DNA from: Planctomycetota bacterium | GTDB lineage: Bacteria; Planctomycetota; GCA-002687715; DRQF01 | Assembly (NCBI GenBank): GCA_027001995.1 | Contig: JALTLO010000034.1 | Location: 1 to 25,192, forward strand | Direction: 5' to 3' | Length of the DNA stretch: 25,192 nucleotides | Shown here: one piece after another, positions 16,598 to 25,192 of the stretch | How positions within the stretch are numbered: position 1 is the first letter of the stretch | Layout: the number at the start of each line of letters is the position of its first letter | Position numbers and translations under genes: made by a program | Notes under the pieces: model-generated | Databases searched by the model: none | Told to the model about the DNA's origin: nothing | What the model saw: only the letters and a program-made list of their open reading frames with translations

Positions 16598-17738
16598 CAA
16601 ACCATTTCCACAAACGAACCGAAGATTTCTCGTCATGGATGTCGCTGGTGTTTCGAAGGGCCTCAGCGAAGGTTGCCATATCTGCGTAGCGTTTCTTGGG
16701 GTCATGTTCGATCGCTTTCATAACCACTCTTGACACAGCCAGTGGTATCCGTTTATTGACGGTCGTAGGGTTCTGAGGAGGTCCGGCCAAGACAGAATCA
16801 AACAGTTTCTTGCGAGAAGTTCCGTCATAGGCTGGTCGTTCCAGTAACAGCTCATAGAGAGTGAGCCCTAGGGCATAAACCTCTCCCTGCTCATTGGTGG
16901 AGAGTTGTTCTCCCTTCAATATTTCAGGTGCAAGATAGCGAGGCGTGCCTTGCACTTGATCCCCTGTTCGGGTCAAGGCACTGGCCCCTTCCTTTCTCGC
17001 GATACCAAAGTCAATCAAGATTGCCTGAGAAGACGAATCAATCATGATGTTGGAAGGCTTCAAGTCACGATGCAATATGCCGCATGCGTGGATATGAATG
17101 AGGCTATCTGCAATTTGTTGGATGACCGCTACTTTGGCCTCAAGAGTTTGAAGAATAGGGCCCAGGATTCCAGCCCGACGTTCTCCCCGCAAGACGTCAA
17201 TGACCTCAAGAAGGGTAATCCCCTTGATCCAAGGCATGGCGACATAGAGAGACCCCATGTCTTCGCCCACGTCAATAAGAGGAACAACTCCAGAGAATTC
17301 TAACTCCGCCAAGATTTCCGCTTCCCTCCTGAAACGCTCGACCTCACTGGGGTCAACCTGCTGATCTCGTCGATGGACTTTAAGGGCGACCGTCGTCTTG
17401 GTTTCTCGATGAAACGCTTTATAGACATGACTGCTTCCCGTTGAGGCAGCTAAGAACTGGACACTGTAAGGACCGATTTCATTTAAGTTCCAACCCCGAC
17501 GCCGTTCCCGCGTCGATGTTCCCGGTGTGTCTGCCACGAAAGGTGCATCAACGCCGCCAGCAATCATAGCAGCCAAGTCTTCGGCAAATTTGGGATAGCG
17601 GGCCAAGTAAATGTCTGGATCAGGGGGTTCCCCCTCTTCGCAACGAAGGATGTAGTGAAACAAGACAGCCTCCAAGAAGGCGTCAACTTCATCCGGGGAT
17701 GCATCAGCCCCTGGTAGCTGCGGATAGTCATCACTCAT
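16536..17738 (-). CDS. Hanks-type Ser/Thr protein kinase with C-terminal TM anchor
   Basis: VALK, ERFRREAEILA.L, HRDLKPSNI, DFGIA, GTPRYLAPE, VYALGL.LYELL and DP..RY. Start placed at ATG 17738, overlapping the sigma factor stop (ATGAGTGA). Confidence 0.92.
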   Translation of the reverse strand: MSDDYPQLPGADASPDEVDAFLEAVLFHYILRCEEGEPPDPDIYLARYPKFAEDLAAMIAGGVDAPFVADTPGTSTRERRRGWNLNEIGPYSVQFLAASTGSSHVYKAFHRETKTTVALKVHRRDQQVDPSEVERFRREAEILAELEFSGVVPLIDVGEDMGSLYVAMPWIKGITLLEVIDVLRGERRAGILGPILQTLEAKVAVIQQIADSLIHIHACGILHRDLKPSNIMIDSSSQAILIDFGIARKEGASALTRTGDQVQGTPRYLAPEILKGEQLSTNEQGEVYALGLTLYELLLERPAYDGTSRKKLFDSVLAGPPQNPTTVNKRIPLAVSRVVMKAIEHDPKKRYADMATFAEALRNTSDIHDEKSSVRLWKWFAIGCVILVLLLWFLIESSKK

Positions 17739-18318
17739 CTCGATCACCATCGAGGAGTTTTCGCAATCGCAGGCGAAGTTTCGCATCGACTTTGGCGAAG
17801 CGCATACGCACGCCGCGATCAGACATGCCCACCAAATCAGCAATTTGTGCAGAGGAGAACCCACGCATGCGCAAACGGTAAATGACCATTGCACGAATTT
17901 TCTCGAAAGCCCTCAATTCAGCATATCGCAAACGTTGAAGCTCACCCAAACTGGCCCGAGTCGATGGCGTCGCCGCCATATCCTTCACATCCACCCCCTC
18001 CGGCATCAAAAGTCGACGCTTAATATGGCCGCCATTGGCTTTCTGAAGAACGATCCGCGTCAAAATGCCACGGAGCCAGCGCAAAAATGAGCGGCTGTCT
18101 TCATATTCAAAGCTGGGGAGCTTGCGCATGACGACCATCCAAGTGTCGTTCATGATATCCCGGGTCTCTTCCAAAGTCCGAAGAGGGTAACCCAACCTCT
18201 TTCTGGCCCAGCGGATAAGTAAAGGCTCATGCATCTCCACCAAGCGATTAAGGGCGGCACGATCGCCACCTTTCGCCGCGTCGAGCAGATCAAAAAGTTT
18301 TTGAGAGTTGTCTGACAT
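17731..18318 (-). CDS. ECF-subfamily RNA polymerase sigma factor
   Basis: LLDAAKGGDRAALNRLV, SFLRWLRGI (region 2) and G.S..QIA..VGMS..GVR.R (region 4.2). Start placed at ATG 18318 after GAGAGAAGAGAGG. Confidence 0.88.
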   Translation of the reverse strand: MSDNSQKLFDLLDAAKGGDRAALNRLVEMHEPLLIRWARKRLGYPLRTLEETRDIMNDTWMVVMRKLPSFEYEDSRSFLRWLRGILTRIVLQKANGGHIKRRLLMPEGVDVKDMAATPSTRASLGELQRLRYAELRAFEKIRAMVIYRLRMRGFSSAQIADLVGMSDRGVRMRFAKVDAKLRLRLRKLLDGDRDE

Positions 18319-18721
18319 GGGCCTCTCTTCTCTCAGATAAGGGAAACCTTGTGAAGGGGTTACTTCATTCATGGGGGTTTTACCCCCCTCGTTCATCCCG
18401 GCTTTTCAGCCGATCTCGCCGATAAGGTGGGCTGGTTTGGCTCATAATTCAGGAGTAATTTCTTAGAAGAGATCTTCCAAACAAGATTCCCTTGAAAACA
18501 ATGGAAGACGAGCTTAGTGTGGAAGCAGAAACATGGTCGAGGTTGTGTCCCATACACGTAAAAAATCCTTCCTTCCTCTCTACGCCTGAAATCTTTTCCT
18601 TGGCTGTGTTTCCTTTATCTTCTCCCGCCGATTATTGCTTCGCTTCACCCTAGATGCCCTTTGAATCTCGACACCGGACCCAAGATCACTATGATCACCC
18701 CCATCACCCGGTGAGACAGAC

Positions 18722-19558
18722 ATGAGCGATTCAAGAATACATCCCACTGCATTGATCGATAAGAACGCCCGTTTAGGAAATGACGTGACTGTGGGCCCCT
18801 ACGCCATCATCGAGCCTGGGGTCGAAGTCGGGGCCAATTCGATCATCATGGCCCGGGCTCACCTGATGACCGGCGTCAAATTGGGGCGAAACAATGAAAT
18901 TCACCCAGGAGCTGTCTTGGGCAACACACCTCAAGATAAGGCCTTTGACCACCACACTGTCAGCTTCGTTGAGATCGGCAATAACAACATCTTCCGTGAA
19001 AATGCCACGGTACATCGGGCCACAACACCCGGTGGCACCACGACGATCGGGCATGGGGGATTTTTCATGGGCAACTCCCACATTGCTCACGACGCCATCA
19101 TTGGCGACGACGTTATCGTTTGCAACAACACGGTCTTAGCCGGCTACGTACAGGTCGGAAATCAGGCCTTCATCTCAGGAAATGTGGTCGTCCATCAATT
19201 CACCCGTATCGGTGATCTTTGCATGCTAGGTGGTGGCTGCGGCGCTGGGCAAGATGCCCCACCTTTTTCCACAGTCATTGGGCGCTCGCAGATTCGTGGA
19301 CTCAACGTCGTCGGGATGCGCCGAGCCGGTCTTAATGGTCCTAAACGCTTGGCAATCAAGAAACTCTACGCCAGGATATTCGCCTGTCGTGGCAAGTTTG
19401 AAGACGTATTAAGCGTCGTCAACGAAATCCCAGATGGGGACGAACTCGCCCTCATTCGTAATTTCTATCAAGCAGAAAGCCGAAGGGGGTTTATGTGGCC
19501 CCCTATATCCGAAGTCGACAAACTTGATGACCGCGCCCGGTCTCAAGGAAAGCGCTAA
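18722..19558 (+). CDS. lpxA: Acyl-ACP--UDP-N-acetylglucosamine O-acyltransferase (LpxA family)
   Basis: IHPTALID hexapeptide repeats, PQD, IG.NN.FRE..T.HRAT, M..SHIAHD, HQFTRIG, QD.PPF and GLNVVGMRR. Confidence 0.9.
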   Translation: MSDSRIHPTALIDKNARLGNDVTVGPYAIIEPGVEVGANSIIMARAHLMTGVKLGRNNEIHPGAVLGNTPQDKAFDHHTVSFVEIGNNNIFRENATVHRATTPGGTTTIGHGGFFMGNSHIAHDAIIGDDVIVCNNTVLAGYVQVGNQAFISGNVVVHQFTRIGDLCMLGGGCGAGQDAPPFSTVIGRSQIRGLNVVGMRRAGLNGPKRLAIKKLYARIFACRGKFEDVLSVVNEIPDGDELALIRNFYQAESRRGFMWPPISEVDKLDDRARSQGKR

Positions 19559-19560
19559 CG

Positions 19561-20628
19561 ATGTACAAAGCGCAACTCGACGGATTCCGCGGTATGCTGT
19601 TTTTGGCGGTATTTACCTACCACCACAACATCACCTTGTGGATCTTGACTTACGCCTTGCCTTGCTTCTTCGTCATGAGTGGTTTCCTCATAACCCGCAT
19701 CCTCTTACGGGGAGACCCGCAAAACAAGAAGGCCTTCTTCAAAGCATTCTACGCCAGGAGAGCCCTGCGTATCTTGCCCATATTCTACATTGTGACTCTC
19801 GTTTGTTGGTGGTTCGGCATCCTCCTCTTCCCTCTGTCTCAGCTCACCTACACCTTCAACATCAAGTTGTTCTGGTTGAGCTTAGATCGGGATGGCAGTG
19901 GCTTTCATGAAGTCTTCAAGAATTGGGACTTCGGACAGATGCATCTTTGGAGCATGTGCATCGAAGAACAATTCTACCTGCTCTACCCCTTGCTGTTGAT
20001 GTGGACCAAGAAGAGTTGGCGTGCAACTGTCTTATTCGCTTCAATCCTGGCATCCATCGCCTTGCGGATTTGGTTCGCCGTCTATTATCCCGATCTTCTT
20101 TGTGGTGCCCTCCTGCCCATTTGTGGCGAATACATTCTCTGGGGCTGTTTAGCCGCTGTCCTCACAGAAAAAGGACTGAAATATGGCCCCTCATGGGCTT
20201 GGCTCTATGGCGGCTCAGTTCTTCTTTTGGGTTTGGCCCAAATGCCAGCCCCGCACATGGAAACTGGCTTCTTTCAGTTCGTTCCCGGAAAACTCCAGAC
20301 GCTTTATGCCATAGGAATTACCGCAACAATCGTGGGCCTCTGGTATGACGACGACTCTCTCCTATCTCGCTTCTTGCAAATTCGTTTCATCGCCTACATG
20401 GGGAAAATCAGCTACGGCCTCTACCTCATGCACATGGCTATGTTTGACTTAGGGGATTGGCTCTACGAGAAATTTCCAGGCCTCAACCAATTCAATGACT
20501 ACACCGTCCGATTGGCCCTCGTGCTCTTTTTCGGCACTGTCAGTTGGTACCTCATCGAAGCCCCCATCAATCGCCTCAAGAAGCACTTCCCCATGCCCAA
20601 ACCTCCAGAAGCTGCTATTCCACGTTAG
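19561..20628 (+). CDS. Membrane acyltransferase family 3 (OafA/OatA-like)
   Basis: LDGFRG, FFVMSGFLIT, FYARRALRILP, HLWSM.IEEQFYL.YP and GKISYGLYLMH; starts 2 nt after the lpxA stop. Confidence 0.92.
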   Translation: MYKAQLDGFRGMLFLAVFTYHHNITLWILTYALPCFFVMSGFLITRILLRGDPQNKKAFFKAFYARRALRILPIFYIVTLVCWWFGILLFPLSQLTYTFNIKLFWLSLDRDGSGFHEVFKNWDFGQMHLWSMCIEEQFYLLYPLLLMWTKKSWRATVLFASILASIALRIWFAVYYPDLLCGALLPICGEYILWGCLAAVLTEKGLKYGPSWAWLYGGSVLLLGLAQMPAPHMETGFFQFVPGKLQTLYAIGITATIVGLWYDDDSLLSRFLQIRFIAYMGKISYGLYLMHMAMFDLGDWLYEKFPGLNQFNDYTVRLALVLFFGTVSWYLIEAPINRLKKHFPMPKPPEAAIPR

Positions 20629-20735
20629 AAATGAGATCTCAATGCGAGAATCCCTGGGCATCTTGAAAGGAGAAGGGGAAGCTTTCTATATGTCAGTACG
20701 GCCCCACTCTATGGCGGTAGCTTCAGGAGAAATTC

Positions 20736-21779
20736 ATGATCTTGATCCAACTCAGACAGCAGATTTCCTGGGTCATGATGGCCGTTCTCGCTCTTTCGAT
20801 GGTTCGATGCCTATCCGCCCAAGACTTGGACGTCACCGCCCTCATCCGCGGCGAGTCAGCGACATTCAGCGTCACAGGAACGCCACCAGGTTCTCGGGTC
20901 GTCTTCTTCTTTGGCTTGAGTGGCCTTGGTGCCGGCAATCAATATCGTGGTTTGGGTTTGGCCCTCGACATCAGTGCTCCCAACGGCATTCTCGGGCATT
21001 CCTACGCTGATGCAACTGGCTTATCTTCTTTGAGTCTATCCATTCCTCTTGGGGCACCTCTCGTCAACGCCTCGGTGCAAGCCATCGTAATTCCCCCAAC
21101 TTTTCCCGAAACAAGAGCATTCACTTCTTCAACCAAGACTTTGCCCATTGACAGCGTTGCTGTCTTCGACGATTCCTTTGATGGCACAGACCTGGATTCA
21201 CAATGGCGCGTCCACAATGGCCACTTAGGTCAATTCGATGTCAGTGGTGGTGAACTTCATATCACCCCCACCGCCTCCGGCCTGGCCAACATTTGGTTTC
21301 ACGACCGGGAAGGACCCATGATTGGGCGTTTAATCAGCGGTGACTTCACCATGATCTCCCATGTACGTGCCACCAGAAATAGCAACTTCAACTTACCTCC
21401 ATCGTTGAGCTACAAATTTGGCGGCATCATCATTCGTGAGCCGAACACCGTTTCTGGGGGACGCAACGCCATGCACGCGGTCTTAGGAGCAGGAGTCCCC
21501 GGCACTCCCATTGCTGCCGAGGACAAGTCCACGACCTTGAGCGTCAGCAATTTCGTCTTACACCCCATCCCCAGTGCAGACGGCGAACTCAGACTCACAC
21601 GATCTGGCGACTTGATCTCAGCCTACTATCGTCCGAACAACACAGATCCATGGCAGTTCCTCCGAGCTCATAGCCACCCCGAACTTCCTCACACTGTGGA
21701 AGTAGGCCTCATGGCCTATGCCTTCAGCGGCCCTCCAGACATCCGCGTCAGCTTCGACTGGATTCAATTTAGTCGTTAG
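20736..21779 (+). CDS. Secreted protein: N-terminal beta module plus ConA-like/DUF1349-type beta-sandwich
   Basis: AGGAGA RBS and signal peptide; FDDSFDGTDLDSQW, SGDFTM, GGIIIR, LRLTRSGD.ISAYY..W, VEVGL.A and FDW pattern. Confidence 0.7.
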   Translation: MILIQLRQQISWVMMAVLALSMVRCLSAQDLDVTALIRGESATFSVTGTPPGSRVVFFFGLSGLGAGNQYRGLGLALDISAPNGILGHSYADATGLSSLSLSIPLGAPLVNASVQAIVIPPTFPETRAFTSSTKTLPIDSVAVFDDSFDGTDLDSQWRVHNGHLGQFDVSGGELHITPTASGLANIWFHDREGPMIGRLISGDFTMISHVRATRNSNFNLPPSLSYKFGGIIIREPNTVSGGRNAMHAVLGAGVPGTPIAAEDKSTTLSVSNFVLHPIPSADGELRLTRSGDLISAYYRPNNTDPWQFLRAHSHPELPHTVEVGLMAYAFSGPPDIRVSFDWIQFSR

Positions 21780-22020
21780 GTCAATGCCAACATGGAAATG
21801 GCTCGCACCTACCTCCATAATAACAGTGGATCAGGGCACACGAGGCAGATCACGAGACCAGGATCGCCAAGCAACATCCCAGCAAAAATCCTGCCCCGAA
21901 AAATTCACGACCTCGCGGCAGCCAACTCGACTTTGAGTTAGAAGTATGTAGGATGAAACGTTGGTCACGTAGTTGGCTGTCATCCATGGCGGATTAGAAC
22001 AACAAGAGGTGAAAAAAGCG

Positions 22021-24732
22021 ATGTCCATGCACTCGAAGAATCTCACGATTATTTTGGTTCTCTTGGCTGTCATGATCGGCATCGGCTTCTGGGCATTCTC
22101 TGAGGAAGAAAACGGCATCGAAATCGTTGACCCCAACGTTGTGGAAGGCATGGAGTCTGGCCCCAGCATGCCAAGCCGAACAACTGCCGAAGGTTTGGCC
22201 CCGTCGGAATCAGGGAAGGCACCTAAAGCAAGTTCCGAGGTGACTTCCCTACCTCCAGCCCTTGACTTAAGCCAAGCCAACCGCGATCTCGACCTTTTTG
22301 GCAGAGTACTCGACAGAGAAGGCAACCCCGTCCCTGGTGCCAAGGTGCAGACGTTTCGCGAGCTCTGGGGACGGGCCAACGGCCTCACCGTGACAGCCAA
22401 CCCTGAATTCACTCTGGGCCCATGGACCCAGAGCGCCGTAGACGGCACTTTCTCTTTGCGCCTTTCAAAGGGAGACATGGTTAATCTCAGAGCGAGCAAG
22501 GTTGGATACGGCAACACGGAAATCCCCGGTTGTCAGGCTGGCCAGAAAATCGACATCTTCATGGAGAAAGAGGCGACGCTCAAAGTCATATGTGTGGACG
22601 CAAACGATTCTCCTATTCCCGATGTCGTCCTCATGCATTGGCGAAACAGCCCCGCCGGTACCACTCACAGACTTCAAGGAAAGACAGACAAAGACGGGAG
22701 CTTCACTTTCTTTGGGTTAGTAAAAGGCGATAGCACCATCTCTTGCATCCAAACGAGCCACGGTTCCCCCGGATGGAAAAACATCGAAATCGAGGAGGGC
22801 AAAAACGCCGAACTAAGAATCGTCTTCCCCGAGGGCCGCAGACTCTTAGGAAAAGTCACCGCTGCTGAGACCGGTGCTCCGATTATTGGCGCGAAGGTGG
22901 GCATTGGTTGGACAATGAGATCATTCGTCCTCACCGATGATCAAGGCGTCTATGAACTACCAGCATTTTCCGGAGATGGGAGCAATGACGTCCATGTGAC
23001 CGCTGCCGGATTTGGTCGCATGGGCAAAAAAGTCCCAGACGCCGGGGATCTCGATTTCGCCCTTCAGAGATCGGACAAAGTTGTTGGTCGCCTCATGGGT
23101 GTTGATGGGAAACCCGTTGCTGGCGCTCCCATTGAAGCCATCGCAAGTAAACGCCGAAACAGAAGGCAAGAAATTGACAATTGTGCCACCAAGTCCGATG
23201 GGGAGGGCCAGTTCTCGATTCCGAACCTCCGACGAGACCTCCCCCATACCCTGGTGATCACGGCACAAGGCTATGGCCGTTTCCTGCTCGACTTTGATCC
23301 ACACCCAGAGAGACCAGGCATCATCGATTTGGGCGACCTCACGCTCCCTCCTGCTCAGATCCTTGGCGGACAAGTAACCAATGCCCAAGGGCAACCCATC
23401 GTCGGAGCCGAAATAAGGCTCACAGGTCACAACCCTGACCGTGGCAGACTCAGATCAGAACAACCTTTTGCCGCCTCTTTCTACGGGCAAACGGAAACAC
23501 GACTCACCGATGACTTAGGCCGCTATCGATTCGGCGACCTCTCCCATGGAGAATATTCGATTCGCCTCGACCTTGGTATCCACAGGGCCCACCCCAAGTC
23601 CGTGACACTCGCCAAAAATGAATCAAAAGAAGACGTCAATTTTCGAGTCGAGGAAAATGGCGTCATCCGCTTTCGTTGCATTGACAATGATGAGCAGCCC
23701 GTGGGGGGCGTCGTCATTTCACTCATCACGAAACAACACCGTGGCGACAACCCGCATGTTCGCAGTGGCACCGACGGCAAAGCGATCATTGAGTATCTTG
23801 AGAACCGTACTTATTCAGTTCTCGCTTGGTCCCCCTCTGGCCTTTTGTGCCCAGAGCCATTCGACGTCCAGCCACAAGGACAAGAAGTCACGATCGCCGT
23901 CAAGAAAGCCGCTAAGATATCCGGTCACATCTTAATTCCGAACGAACCGAAACCTGGTTGCTATCTGGTTGACGCCAAATGGGAAAGTGCGCGAACCAAG
24001 ACAGTAGTCACCAAGGAGAACGGCTCATTCTCAATTGAGGTGCCCCAGGGAGCCACCGTTGATCTGTCCGTGGACGGTAAGAAGCTATCTGAGGAAGGAG
24101 GATCTTTCGACTTCCCCAAGGGCAACGTCTACACCGGCCGCCTCGATAGAATTGTTGCCCCCGCAGAGAACATTTCTCTCTCCCTCACGCCAATCTCAAA
24201 CGATGCTGAAATCACGGTTGCCGTGGTGGATTCCCAGGGGAATCCTGTCGCCGATTCCCAGGTGTCAGCCAACCCCTGGTACGGTGAAGCGACGACGGAC
24301 AACCAAGGGAGGGTCCACCTTTCAGACTTGCGTGCTCTTGCCACCAATTTCATCGCTTGTGCACCGCGAGGGTCCACAAACCTCTTTCGCTCCAAGAGGG
24401 TCAGAACCATACCCCGGGGGCAGACCATTACCTTAACCCTCCGCTCTGCCACCATTATCAGCGGCAAGGTCATAGACAGTAAAGGGAACCCCGCTCCCTG
24501 GGCCTACGTCGAAGCTGCTGCTACGAACAGTGGGGTCAGCGACCTCTCCAGCAGCAATATCACCTCAACGACCGCTGACAACAAGGGCGCATTCACAGTC
24601 AAGCTTGGAGAGGCCAAGAAATTTCGGCTCCACGCCCGATCCCAGACTCGACCGGGCTCTCGCCCACCTCGAACTGGCATGAGCGTCATCGTCACCAGTC
24701 CAAGGACAAATGTAGTCCTCACGATCCCCTGA
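22021..24732 (+). CDS. Membrane-anchored protein with about 9 carboxypeptidase-regulatory-like (prealbumin-fold) repeats
   Basis: N-terminal TM, Pro/Ser linker, then repeated G.V.D..G.PV.GA.V ... TD..G.F units. Start placed at ATG 22021 after GAGGTG. Confidence 0.85.
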   Translation: MSMHSKNLTIILVLLAVMIGIGFWAFSEEENGIEIVDPNVVEGMESGPSMPSRTTAEGLAPSESGKAPKASSEVTSLPPALDLSQANRDLDLFGRVLDREGNPVPGAKVQTFRELWGRANGLTVTANPEFTLGPWTQSAVDGTFSLRLSKGDMVNLRASKVGYGNTEIPGCQAGQKIDIFMEKEATLKVICVDANDSPIPDVVLMHWRNSPAGTTHRLQGKTDKDGSFTFFGLVKGDSTISCIQTSHGSPGWKNIEIEEGKNAELRIVFPEGRRLLGKVTAAETGAPIIGAKVGIGWTMRSFVLTDDQGVYELPAFSGDGSNDVHVTAAGFGRMGKKVPDAGDLDFALQRSDKVVGRLMGVDGKPVAGAPIEAIASKRRNRRQEIDNCATKSDGEGQFSIPNLRRDLPHTLVITAQGYGRFLLDFDPHPERPGIIDLGDLTLPPAQILGGQVTNAQGQPIVGAEIRLTGHNPDRGRLRSEQPFAASFYGQTETRLTDDLGRYRFGDLSHGEYSIRLDLGIHRAHPKSVTLAKNESKEDVNFRVEENGVIRFRCIDNDEQPVGGVVISLITKQHRGDNPHVRSGTDGKAIIEYLENRTYSVLAWSPSGLLCPEPFDVQPQGQEVTIAVKKAAKISGHILIPNEPKPGCYLVDAKWESARTKTVVTKENGSFSIEVPQGATVDLSVDGKKLSEEGGSFDFPKGNVYTGRLDRIVAPAENISLSLTPISNDAEITVAVVDSQGNPVADSQVSANPWYGEATTDNQGRVHLSDLRALATNFIACAPRGSTNLFRSKRVRTIPRGQTITLTLRSATIISGKVIDSKGNPAPWAYVEAAATNSGVSDLSSSNITSTTADNKGAFTVKLGEAKKFRLHARSQTRPGSRPPRTGMSVIVTSPRTNVVLTIP

Positions 24733-24982
24733 TCCTTTGGAAGAAGAAAAGAACCGTCTTCTCGGCGGCTTCCCCAACTCCACCGACAGCAACCCCAGGG
24801 TTTTTGGATTCAGTGGGGCGATCTGGTAACACCTTCGTCTATCCCCCAGTGGCAGGAGGCAGACAAATCTCCAATTCGTTCTACAAGGAGCTTCAATTCC
24901 ATTTGGCGGAGCTCCCTTGTCTGTCACCAATGCCGTTCTCATCGACGTTCGTTAAACTGGATATAAGCGAAAAAACCAATGA

Positions 24983-25015
24983 CAGGAGCCTGCCCTTTTG
25001 TTGGGCAGGCTCTTG
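24983..25015. terminator. GC-rich hairpin, possible intrinsic terminator
   Basis: CAGGAGCCTGCCC-TTTTGTT-GGGCAGGCTCTTG, a 13-bp stem with one G-U pair. The A tract at about 24970-24975 gives a displaced U tract on the minus strand. Confidence 0.5.
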
Positions 25016-25106
25016 CTACGGCCAAACTCGTGTTCTCCCTTCTCTTTTGAGAAAGCACGGGAGCTAATCTTCCACAGTAAAAGCGGGTTCCGCTAAACCA
25101 TTGGCA

Positions 25107-25192
25107 TCCATGATCCATCTACAATTGAATGGCGGCCAGCAGGGGAAGAACCACCCCTGCTGGCCGCCATTCAATTGTAGATGGATCATGGA
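25107..25192. repeat. Perfect 39-bp inverted repeat with 8-nt loop, ending at the last base
   Basis: 25107-25145 is the exact reverse complement of 25154-25192; loop AAGAACCA. Confidence 0.95.

Noticed and set aside
17739..17894. Cys-rich N-terminal extension of the kinase
   Set aside because: It overlaps sigma region 4 in another frame; the coupled start at 17738 is more plausible.
18418..18425. GCCGATAA sigma28 -10 box on the plus strand
   Set aside because: No TAAA/TCAAG -35 at the right spacing, and it lies about 300 nt from lpxA.
24733..25106. ORFs 24804-25067 (+), 24565-24942 (-) and a possible gene entering from the right edge
   Set aside because: No motifs or RBS. The minus-strand frames read from the hairpin loop all stop within about 30 codons, so none can be supported.
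1..25192. CRISPR array, tRNA/rRNA, transposase, integrase or defence system
   Set aside because: I saw no spaced direct repeats, cloverleaf or rRNA signatures, or recombinase/nuclease motifs by eye.

Overview
Bacterial chromosomal segment, probably from Planctomycetota. This is an inference from the ECF sigma/Ser-Thr kinase pair, the carboxypeptidase-regulatory repeat protein and the tail of the cytochrome c peroxidase. Bases 1-9.8 kb hold a minus-strand flagellar hook/basal-body cluster: fliK-flgD-flgE, a membrane-anchored PilZ protein plus a small ORF, then flgF-flgG-flgA-flgH-flgI (flgI runs off the left edge). Sigma54 promoters are visible before fliK and flgF, and a sigma28-like promoter before the PilZ gene. 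The rest is a mixed housekeeping/envelope region: infA, a lipoprotein, bpt/ate aminoacyl-protein transferase, a di-heme peroxidase-family protein, PduO-type cobalamin adenosyltransferase, a helical membrane protein, a CPBP protease-like protein, a coupled ECF sigma + Ser/Thr kinase, an lpxA-like gene + acyltransferase-3, a secreted beta-sandwich protein and a 9-repeat surface protein. The window ends in a perfect 39-bp fold-back. I saw no rRNA, tRNA, CRISPR array or mobile element. The best leads are (GA)n translation-initiation tracts concentrated on flagellar genes, a shared ~110-130 aa module on two unrelated secreted proteins, the sensor-less kinase/ECF pair and the variant lpxA. None is a proven new system.
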